Notes under the pieces: generated by a model
What the model was told of the DNA's origin: nothing
The model's database searches: none
What the model saw: the letters and a program-made list of their open reading frames with translations, nothing else
Assembly (NCBI GenBank): GCA_030704615.1
Contig: CM060731.1
Location: forward strand, 47,244,001-47,308,000
Reading direction: 5' to 3'
Origin: Takakia lepidozioides
Taxonomy: Eukaryota; Plantae; Bryophyta
Length of the DNA: 64,000 nt
Position numbers and translations under genes: made by a program
Shown: in pieces, positions 53,567-64,000 of the stretch
Layout: each line of letters opens with the position of its first letter
Numbering within the stretch: position 1 is the stretch's first letter

Positions 53567-55795
53567 TGAAGTCCACCAATACTGGCTTTCATGATAGAAT
53601 GGAGTTTGAAGAAGAGGACAGAGACCTCAAAGCAGCCAGCACAGGGCTCAGTAGGGCAAACAGGCCTTTGATCGAGAAGCTGCAACGAGGAAGTCTAGAG
53701 AGGCCGCATCTGCATCTGAAATTCTAAGAGATCGGGACCGCAAGGCAATCGTATCCACCAATGGCCATCATTAGTTTTCCTTGCCCTGCGCAGGAAACAG
53801 GGGCCTACCATGTGCTCGAGCTGTCAGAAAGACTGGTGTATTGACCTACTGTGATGCCTTCCGTGATGGCCACCGACTCCCTCCTTTGGGTTCTTGTCCC
53901 ATTGAATGGAGACGTCTCTCTATATAACGGGAATGTTATTATACGAAGTTCCTTGCTGTTTTTTTTTGTGGATTGATCAAGGTTTGCCCAGATTAAGATT
54001 ACACCCACACCCACAAGTTGTTGTCTGCGTTTTCATCATCTATCGGAATGTACAGTAAGTGCTCAATGCTGGCAGTGTAGGTCTTATCCTTCGCCTCATT
54101 CATCATCGGAACAGCTACCAAGTTGTCAGGATTGCATGCTTCAATGTCGAGATTAGCGTTGCTTAAATGTCTTTTTTGTATGACCCAACAAGTAAGAATA
54201 TAATGTCGACAATAGGTCTTCTCTCCTAGCAACAAGAGAGAATGAACTTCACTGCGAGGTCAAGTTGAACTTCAATAGGTGATAATAGATGGGCACATGC
54301 ACGAAAAAAGCAACTTTTTACCTCACATATTGTGGTTAAGCTTGTCCAGATAGCTGTGAAGCCCTCTACATATTCCTACAAAAACATTACCTCCGTCTAT
54401 GCCAAAAGAAACCAACTTCTGGCCCACTACCTCCTCATTGAGACCCCGAAAAACATAACTGCTCTTAATAGATCTAACTCATGTTATTTTGTTATGGCAC
54501 CTCCAAGTAAGAGCATCTCCACGGTGCCATGGCACTTGCCCCAAAACGGCAATCTAGGGGGTCCAAAAAAGTGCTCCACAGTTGGCTCAGCCTGGCAAAT
54601 TTGCTGCTGGCCCTGCCTTAATCTTGCCTCCCGGCCCACACTTTTTCCAATTATACCGGAACCGCCAACCACGCTACATTAAACTTGTGAGTTATTTGGG
54701 AGTTAATGCAATGATGTCCTCGGTCAATGCGCCCAGATCGTGATCGAGCGGCGGGCCTGCCTGCCCGGGGCTATCTCTGCCATGTCTCGTCTCGTACCGT
54801 CCCAACCGCGGAGTTTCAACCAACCAGTCCTTGCAAAAAATACCATCGCCCTGTAACCAGGGCATATAGCGTTCGACGTGCCGCGCTCACCGTGGAGATG
54901 CTCTAAGTGCACGTTCTAACTTCACTTAACTAAGGTAGTCTACCCTATCACCAACCCCTTTCCTAATTCCGCACCCCCAAAAAAAATCCTTAAGCCGTCC
55001 TTGGCAAACGCGCTGGACCTAGGGACGGAATTATGCTTAAAAATGGACGAAATTTGGTTCATTCCATCCTGTGGATGGATGACATTATTAATGTTCATTT
55101 ACACATGACGGTGCGTTTTAATGCAATCTATTAAGTGTTTTTATATTTTAATGACGAGATTGTTCTTGCGGCTTCCAAATGTCGAGTTTGGTTCTGCAGA
55201 CTAGTGTCGATGGATATATGCGTTTGTAGAGACGACATTGCATGAATCACAACTTGTTTTGCCGAAACTACACGATTTGTTTTTGCTCAACAGTGTCGCG
55301 AGATTACAAAGTTTGCATGATGGATCATATTCTTCTTTCTCACGATATTGCAGAGTAGAGGTCGCGAGTTATGTACTTCACTGTCACGCTGCTGTAGATT
55401 AGAGGTCACAATCCTAAACTTATTCGATGTGGTCTTAGATTTGTTCTTAAGTTTCAAGGGATCTAGTCCAACGTCTACTCTCTCGTTGTAGAAATGAATT
55501 CAACTACTTTCACTCCTTACAGATCTACCTCTCAAGTCAGTAGGCACTCTATCCGTTCTTTCACTACAGGGACACCGACGATGTCATATACACCTCTATC
55601 TGCACGTAGGATCTCTCACTCCAACATGAGTCAATCGCCTAATCTCAGTAGCAATGACGTATATGGAATGCAATTTGCACAAACACAGAGTCAGTTTGAC
55701 ACACCAATTCCAGATGCAACCTGCGACCAACGTTCAGCCACACCATTTAGAGATTTGACCAATCAATCTCCCCCCTTGCCTGCAAACTCAAATCC

Positions 55796-57208
55796 ATGTC
55801 ACGACTTGCTACCTCGAAACAGATCAAAGAAGAAAGTTTACAATGGTCAAGCGAGGATTTGGAACACGCCATGAATGCTACAGAGGAAGGTATGGAGCTT
55901 AAGAAGGCTGCTCGTTTGTGGGGTATCCCTCCCTCGTCCCTTCGAGATCACCTCACAGGAAAAACCAAAAGTCGCAAAGTGGGAGCTGCATCAGTTCTAT
56001 CAAAAGATGAAGAAGATGAAATTGTGAAGTGGGTGTTGGAGATGCAAGAACTGGGGCATGGACTAACCGTTCATCAATTGAAGCTCAAGGTTGCAGAGAT
56101 AACTCAAGAGCTCGTCACCCCATTCACCAACGGCATACCTCGAGCAAGTTGGTGGAGATGGTTCAAAACAACGACATCCACAAATTTCCCTACGAGTTGC
56201 ACAAGGGCTGGAAGTTAGTCGAGCCAAAGCCCTCAATGAAGAAAATTGTCAGAGCTTCTACTCTAACCTCCAAAAAATGTACAATGAGCATCATTACCAT
56301 CCATCACATATCTGGAATTGTGATGAAAGTGCCGGACACACAAGTGGTGTCAGAATTATGGCAAAACGAGGTACACATTACGTCTATGGCCTTATTCCCA
56401 AAGCAAGAGAGTGGATGTCTGTCTTAGCTTGCATCAATGCTGCAGGTTATTCCATGCCAAGGTTCTACATCTTTAAGGGAAAGCAAACGATGAGAAATTA
56501 TATCCAAAAGTGTGAATCAGGCGCCACCATGGGTATGCAAGAGAAAGCTTGGATGAACAAGGCTTTATTCAAAGCTTGGTGTCTCATTTTGTTCAAAATG
56601 CCCCTGGAGGTGTTTCACCCAGCACTAGAGATTTGCTAATTCTTGATGGCCATGGATCCCATGTAACAAAAGAGATTGTCTTGCAAGCTAGGGAGCGAGG
56701 AATTGACCTTCTCACTCTACCTGCCCACATGAGCCATGCATTACAACCACTAGATGTGACATGCTTTAAGCCTTTCAAAACAGCTTTCAAAATGGAACGA
56801 GATAGGTGGACATTGTCTCATCTTCATATCAACCCCGAAAAAGAAGACCTTGCCGAATGGGTGACCTTGTCTTTGAGGGCAGCATTGACACCTACAAACA
56901 TCAGATCCGGGTTTTCTTCCATTGGAATATGGCCCCTTAATCCCAATAAGGTCATGAGGATAACAGCACCATCTCGAGCAAGGAAAGCCAACCTAGCTAA
57001 TGGAAAGAAAGCACGACAAGCTGAGCAAGTTGTAAGGGAGCAAGAGATGACTACAAGAAAAGCCTTGAATCAGCGTTGGTCGGCACATAGTGTTACGGCT
57101 ATTGGTGAGAAGCTCCATTCAGATTTCAGGGCTAACATACAACCAGACCCTCATGGTTATAAAGCACCCTACTGTGCGGCAATCCTTGTGGTGTGCAAGA
57201 ACAACTAA
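55796..57208 (+). mobile_element. pogo/Fot1-type (Tc1-mariner superfamily) transposase pseudogene: HTH-psq, CENP-B HTH, DDE_1
   Basis: KKAARLWGIPPSSLRDHLTG, WWRWFK, IWNCDES, LILDGHGSH, LPAHMSHALQPLDV split over three frames; TIRs not identified. Confidence 0.88.
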
Positions 57209-59006
57209 CGCATTGCAATGGATCGCAAGAGCCATTCTCACTCTTCCTGCGTTGACTGAGATTGCACCTGTACCTCTATTTCAGGCCTTCCAACTGCAAG
57301 TGCTCCATCAATCCGACAGGCATAAGGACACATGTTGTTTTGACACAAAAATCCAACATCATATCGCTAAGTTATGAGTGGAATTTTTTCTTTTGCAAGT
57401 TGTATAGATGTTCAGATCTCCCAAGGTCCTACTAAAAACATTATGCATGTATGAGTAGTCAGTCCACTAAGGATTGCATCTTCAAAAAGACAATTGTACG
57501 TGCTATACCGTATGTGTGCTCCCAGCGATGCATGACAAAAGATTGAGGGCTATGCTTACACAAAGGTGCTGGTGTAAGTATCAAAGCAAACAGTTTTTTT
57601 TGGCTACTATGTGCTCATATTTGATAAGCTGCTTTTGAAGTCCTTTTTAATACATCGATCATGTACTTTTTGGTCACGGTGCGTAACCACTGGGTATCTG
57701 TACGAAGCTTTGAGGAAGAGGCTAGTAAAAAACAACAAACCCAGAGCGTAATGTGCTCATCCTACCTTCCCTATGTGTCCACCTCTTTATTCTCCCAGAA
57801 ACGGTTGGCAACTCACTTTGTCCAAACAGGTTCCCCTTGAGCATCGTAGACCCTGCAACCAAATATATCCTGCAAAATAACCAACCCCTCTCCATGAACA
57901 AATAGATCCCTGGATGTGTACATACATACATATGAGTAGGATGACATGCAGTCAACTACCCCCTTGTGGCAATCATGCTAGAAAAGTCAGCAATTCGGTT
58001 ATGCTCAATTGTCCTTCTTGCCCTTGCCCTTTCTCTTCTGAACTCACCGTTGAATGAGTACATAAGTGCTCACAACGTAACCCCGGGTGATCATGTGGCT
58101 GCACAACAGAACATGGTCCAATCGTGATGGGCAGAACCGCTGGAGATAACATTCATACCCCAGGGTTTCCACACTTCTCCTGGGAGATTGGTCTATGAAG
58201 TCACATCTGATCATGTCAGGGTGTCTATAACCGCTGGTGTGGATTATAGTTTGCTCAGAAGTTTGATTGAATTCTTCACATGATCAACACTCGGGCAAAA
58301 AGTGAAATACCACAATAGGAAAGGGGCTGAGCAGATATTGCCAATGCCCTCAGGTAAGTGTAGACTGTAACCACACCAGCACTTCACAGATTCACATGCA
58401 AATGCGCAGGCTTTCAATAAGAATGTTTACAGCCCTATGTGAAATTTGTGAAATATGGCATTTCACCAAGTACCTCATAGAATACCTCCAGGAATTCTCT
58501 GATGGATTGATGAAGAATTGCAACGAAAGGAATTCCAGTTTCAAATACTGGATGCTACACCAAAGACTTCACACATTGTATTTCTCTCACAAATGTGCTT
58601 CAAGCTTACCAGGGCATGGGACAGGAGCCTGAATCGCAATTTTTACATCAGCCAGAGCAACATTCCGGCTCACTAAAAATGGATGCAAATGCTGCCACCG
58701 ACCCACTCCACATCACAACTCGGCAACCAATGGGCTTGGGTAGTGAGAACTTGTTTCATTATGAGTGAGGATGACTACTTGATAAGCTCAATGCCAGCAT
58801 TGAGATCGCACAATCCACTTGGGGCGTTGACCACAAGCAGCCCATGGCAGGATGGTGTAGTCATGGAGGCCCTTGCCAGAGCTAATTACATGAAGCATTT
58901 CAGCTTTAACAGTCACCTTCCCTTGACCAAAACATAGAGTGCAAAAAAACCATTCAAGAATGTCCATTTTCAAAATAAGGGCCACCCTGTGGAGTAAAAA
59001 AAATAC

Positions 59007-59191
59007 CATGTTGTCCAAGCCAGAAAGAGCTCAGGTCCCAGTTGATTCCTGCTATTTGCAAAGTTGTACATGAAGGTGTACATTATGGAAGTAGGTTCTG
59101 AAACTCCAACAATCAGCAGTCGCTGGCCTCCAATAACGGATTGAATCATCCCACACACAGCTGTGGATATCAGTGTTACCACTGCTATGAA
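59007..59191 (-). pseudogene. Isolated exon of a BOR1-type boron transporter (HCO3-/SLC4 family)
   Basis: [60 protein letters not shown] matches the BOR1 motif STAxCGxIHSIIGGQPLLILGVAEPTVIMYTFMFNF; donor GT follows; no other clear BOR exons in the window. Confidence 0.85.
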
Positions 59192-59460
59192 TTATGTAAT
59201 CTTTGTGATAAAGAGAAAAGACTGCAACAGTTGGTCACGGAAGATAATAGGAATAATGTAAGAACTTAATGCAAGCGCGTCGGGACGGTCCAGCCCTGAC
59301 ATCCGTACCGCCGGTTCTTCGCCTCTGGCAGACATCGAAAGGCAGCCGGCTGGGCTCGGTCAATCCCTCCCCACCCCCGCCCTCATCCCATCGGCGTCGT
59401 CGCCCCCTGCGTCGTCGTTCTGCGACACCAGTCCGCCGCTTCCAGCAGTCCGCCAGTTCC

Positions 59461-61005
59461 CTGTAACCCCCGCCCCGGGTTCAACCATCACCCCCATGTA
59501 ACCCTCTGTAATTCCGCCGAGTGTAACCCACATTACCATGTAACCCTCTGTAACCCATATAACCCCATGACCCTCTGTAACCCTCACCACCATGTAACCC
59601 TCTGTAACCCATGTAACCCTCTATAACACCGCAGAGTGTCACCCCCACCCCTATGTAACCCTCACTACATGTAACCCTCTATAACCCATGTAACCCTCTA
59701 TAACACCGCAGAGTGTCACCCCCACCCCTATGTAACCCTCACTACATGTAACCCTCTGTAACACTTTGCAACCCATGTAACCCTATGTAACCCTCTGTAA
59801 CACCGCAGAGTGTCACCCTCACCCCTTATGTAACCCTCTGTAACCCATGTAACCCTCTGTGACCCTTTGTAACCCTCACCACCATGTAACCCTCTGTAAC
59901 ACCGCAGAGTGTCACCCTCACCTGTATGTAACCCTCATTACATGTAACCCTCTCTGACCCTCTGTAACCCTCACCACCATGTAACCCTCACTCCATGTAA
60001 CCCTCTGTGACCCTCTATATCCCTCACCAGGTGTAACCCTTACCTCCATGTAACCCTCTGTAACACCGCAGAGTGTCACCCTCGCCACTATGTAACCCTC
60101 ACTCCATGTAACCCTCACAAACCCTCTGTGGCTCTGTAACCTATGTAACCCTCTGTAACACCGTAGAGTGTCGTCCTCACCCCTTATGTAACCCTCTGTA
60201 ACCCATGTAACCCTCTGTGACCCTTTGTAACTCTCACCACCATGTAACCCTCTGTAACACCGCAGAGTGTCACCCTCACCCGTATGTAACCCTCACTCCA
60301 TGTAACCCTCTCTGACCCTCTGTAACCCTCACCACCATGTAACCCTCTGTAACCCATGTGACTCTCTATATCCCTCACCAGGTGTAACCCTTACCACCAT
60401 GTAACCCTCTGTAACACCGCAGAGTGTCACCCTCGCCACCATGTAACCCTCCGTAACCCTCACAAACCCTTTGTGACACCGCAGAGTGTCGCCCTCGCCC
60501 CTTATGTAACCCTCACTCCATGTAACCCTCTGTAACCCATGTAACCCTCTGTGACCCTTTGTAACCCTCTGTAACACCGCAGAGTGTCACCCTCACCCGT
60601 ATGTAACCCTCTTTCCATGTAACCCTCTCTGACCCTCTGTAACCCTCACCACCATGTAACCCTCTGTGACCCTCTATATCCCTCACCAGGTGTAACCCTT
60701 ACCTCCATGTAACCCTCTGTAACACCGCAGAGTGTCACCCTCGCCACCATGTAACCCTCACTCCATGTAACCCTCACAAACCCTCTGTGGCTCTGTAACC
60801 TATGTAACCCTCTATAACACCGCAGAGTGTCGTCCTCACCCCTTATGTAACCCTCTGTAACCCATGTAACCCTCTGTGACCCTTTGTAACCCTCACCACC
60901 ATGTAACCCTCTGTAACACCGCAGAGTGTCACCCTCACCCGTATGTAACCCTCACTCCATGTAACCCTCTCTGACCCTCTGTAACCCTCACCACCATGTA
61001 ACCCT
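59461..61005. repeat. Complex tandem array of TGTAACCC-core motif with higher-order periodicity
   Basis: Many dozens of (a/c)tgtaaccct units interleaved with gtaacaccgcagagtgtcaccctc; long near-identical blocks offset by 659 bp (60002 vs 60661; 60122 vs 60781). Confidence 0.97.
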
Positions 61006-61289
61006 CAGTAACACCGCCTCGTGTACATCATACACGTGTAAACTATCCGACGGCCGAATAGAGGTTTAAATAGAGGCCGAAACCCTAATTTGCTCTCTCC
61101 ATCCGTTTCCAGATTCCTAGCTCGCTCGTTTTTTTGCTTTGGGGCATCAGCTTTCTGCAATTCCCATGGTGCCCAATCGGCTTCACACATCAATGCGAAA
61201 GATTTGTAGTTCATTCAGTTCAGTATCGTCATCCCAGCAACATACAAGACAACGCTTTCCGCGCAACGATCCGTCAAATTTATTACTAC

Positions 61290-61570
61290 GTTTCTCTACG
61301 ATTGATACGGTTGTCTCTATTCTTTTTCTTTCTCAATGTCATTCTTGTTGTTTTGTCACCGTCCCCGATGGCTATGGTATTCCTAAGATCCGCATTAGGA
61401 AAGGGTTTTGTTTCTTTCGGTCTAGCCATGCAAGCAGCCGCTCATTTGACGGGGTGCCCATTCACTCTCCTCTCGTGTATCTTTTGTTCACACACCAGTC
61501 GGGGCAGCCTACTCATCGTTATTATGGATGCAATACGTATCGAATCATGCGTGTTTTGCAAGCACTGTCA
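61290..61570 (-). pseudogene. Decayed inverted paralog of the 62328 Zn-finger-like ORF
   Basis: Minus strand reads CEQKIHERRVNGHPVK*AAACMARPKETKPFPNADLRNTIAI versus CGAVKVDKSRLNRHIVDGTAACMARPKGTKPFPDAELKHAMAV in the plus ORF. Confidence 0.8.
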
Positions 61571-62327
61571 ACCGGTTACATGTCTGATGGTTTATATGAC
61601 TACCTCACGTGTGCTATGGTTACACACAGGGGGTTACACGGTGTTTTCTTTCTCAATACATGCTAGCTTGGTAGACGGTTTAGTAATGGAGGTTTAGATG
61701 GGGTTGACATGTTTGATGGGTTACGTGGATGTTGCGCTCGCGGAGCCACATAGGCTAGGGTTACATGGGTGGGGCATTACATTGACCATGTTTACCTAGA
61801 GGTTGCATACTAATGGTTTGATATGACAGGGTTACATCGATGTTGTGTTCGGGAGTCACATAGACTAGGGGTACATGAGGTTGTGACGAAGGGTTACATC
61901 ATATCTGGGTACCTGACGGAGGGTTACACTCGACGTGCCTGGCATTCGAGTAACGGCCGGTTTGTCGCGCTCACAAGTGTAGGGTTACGGGTTACACTCC
62001 GCTATTCCGGGTGACACCGGGATTGCAACTCATACACGTGTGAGTCAGTGCGGATATAATTGATTGCAAGCCGCAAGATTTTAATGAACCGCCGTCTTTC
62101 GCTTAACCGACGTGCCTTACGGGTGACATCTAGCTAGCTTCGTTCTTCGTTCTTTGATCATTGTTCAGTTTTCCCCTTCTCGCAGCCTTTCATATTCTTC
62201 CTGCACTCCTTGCTGTGCGTGCTCCCTGTTGTGCGTTCTTCGGAATTCTCTTGGTCTTGGTCTTTTCTTGTCTTGTCTTTTCTTGTTCTTGCTTTTCTCT
62301 TCTCTTCTGTCAGCTTTTTCTTTTGTC

Positions 62328-64000
62328 ATGGCTGATTGTTATTTGTTCCCTGGAGAGGCTACTATTCCATTTGATCACTTGAAAAGGGATGGCGAACGAG
62401 TTCGCTTCTGGTACACTGAGCATGAGCATGCTACAATGATCGCGTACTGCCACACCAGGTGTAGAGAGGCCAAGGTGGAGGGAGCAAAGGGCCGGCCTAA
62501 GTTCAAATGTCCTTATTGTGGGGCAGTAAAGGTAGATAAGAGCAGATTGAATCGGCATATTGTCGATGGAACGGCCGCATGTATGGCCAGACCGAAAGGA
62601 ACAAAACCGTTTCCTGATGCGGAGCTCAAGCATGCCATGGCTGTTGAAAATGTGATGAATTCTGTTCCAGCTTCTTCTGTTGATGCATATCATGCATGGA
62701 TTCTGCAAAATAGGGTGGCTTTGGGTGAGATTGCAGATCCTATTGAAGTGCCTGCTATTGTACCTACTTCGGCTATTTCTGTTACAGAGGTTCCATCTTC
62801 TAGTGCTCCTGCTGTTTCTGTCCCTGGTCCTTCTATTCGGCAGGTTTCTAACGAGAGAGACAAGCGGCGATTGAGCCCGCCTCTACCTGTCCCTATTGCA
62901 AAGAAAATCAACATTGGAAACCGGGGAAACCGGAGCTCAAGGTTCATCTTGCGAAAGAGAACTCCAGGCTCAATCCTTCTGCTACCGCATGGCCTTATTC
63001 CTCAGTTCCCATTTCCGAATGTCAATGAGAAGGGGTTTTGGCCGGCATTCCAAGAATTTGTTGCGCGAGGCGAGGGCGCAGTCCATGCGACAGCTGCAAA
63101 ATCAAGTTGGGTTCTATCGACAGACAATCAAGTTGGATTCCCTGCCATTTCTCTGTTTTTCAAATTTTGGGCTGTTGTCTATCCATGTAACCCCTTGTGT
63201 TACCCCCCCTGTCTCTCATGTGGCGTGTAACCCAGAGTGTAACCCACCTACAGAGGACCCCTTTTAAAAACCCCTATGGTGTGTAACCCACCTCTGTGTA
63301 ACCCCGTGTAGCCCATCTTGTTTGTAACCCATTTTCATGTGTAACCCCTCGTGCTGTAACCTTTTTCTCTGGTGTAACCCCTCACGCTGTATTGCGCAGG
63401 GAGCTCATATCATCTTAGAAGCGATGATATGGACAGTGTTGTTGCTGCCCACAAGGCGTTTACTGCCCAGCCGGATCATGGTCCGTTAATGATAGAGGAA
63501 TTGAATCGGGTGAAGGAGTATTTAGAGAGCATTGGGCATCCTGACATGCCAAAGTAGAAAAAGAAAAAAGGTGGGAGACTTACACGAGTCCATCGAGAGA
63601 GCCAAGCCTCACATGATGATGACACGATGGACGAACTAGCTGTTGGCAATACCGACCTTGACGATGCCAGAACTTCAAATCCTCTTGTCATCACTATTAC
63701 TGTAGATGGAATCAAAGGTTTGGTTGTTCCACATCCGTTGGAATTCACTCGTGGTTTTGCCGAAGGATTGATCAGTCAAATGGAGAATCTCACCAAACCG
63801 CACATTGGACCGCCACCACTCCTTTTGAGAATTCTAGCCCACAACGATGTAAGAAATCATGGCAGGTCAGTTTCCCAAACGCATCCCAGGTTGGGGTTCA
63901 CGACTGAACTTCTGGAAAGTGCTCTTACGGCCTCAAAGGTGAAGGACCTGGTCGATGAGTATTACGACTTTAGTCTGATGTACTTTGCACAACCTGGTGA
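62328..64000 (+). CDS. Unknown CxxC..H..C Zn-finger-like protein, probably TE-encoded; spliced, one in-frame stop, runs off window
   Basis: ATG 62328, FKCPYCG..RLNRH..C, S/P/V-rich linker with basic NLS-like runs. Intron ~63106/63131-63399; downstream exon open to 64000 except TAG at 63555. Confidence 0.55.

Noticed and set aside
57670-59240. 10-bp direct repeat ttggtcacgg flanking the BOR exon (Mutator-like TSD / Pack-MULE)
   Set aside because: No terminal inverted repeats inside the direct repeats; may be chance.
59461-61005. CRISPR array, true telomere, or coding ORFs (VTEGYM repeats)
   Set aside because: No unique spacers and eukaryotic context; not TTTAGGG; ORFs are short repeat translations with frequent stops.

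Overview
Nuclear DNA from a non-seed land plant (probably a bryophyte, inferred from the PLS-DYW PPR style and gene content). It is intron-rich, so most real genes are only partly visible in the ORF track. Hand splicing with GT-AG sites and phase checks gives five intact multi-exon genes: RabF1/ARA6 (1.6-5.8 kb, +), THOC5 (12.5-17.2 kb, -), a FAR-17a/AIG1-family membrane hydrolase (29.3-33.1 kb, +), an RH48/RH33-like DEAD-box helicase (44.7-50.8 kb, -) and a small DnaJ-type Zn-finger protein (52.8-53.6 kb, +). An intronless MADS-box gene with a K-like segment and a tandem-repeat acidic tail lies between two copies of a local duplication of the AIG1 locus. Also present: a coiled-coil gene fused to a very large acidic repeat exon with disabling lesions, an orphan secreted-protein candidate, PPR-DYW and LEA_2-like pseudogenes, an isolated boron-transporter exon, and TE remnants (Gypsy, LINE, hAT-like MITE, pogo-type DDE transposase). 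The most unusual region is 59.3-64 kb: a 1.55-kb higher-order TGTAACCC array next to two head-to-head paralogous Zn-finger-like ORFs whose flanks carry the same motif, probably an uncharacterised mobile element running off the window end. Family assignments come from remembered motifs; no database searches were run.
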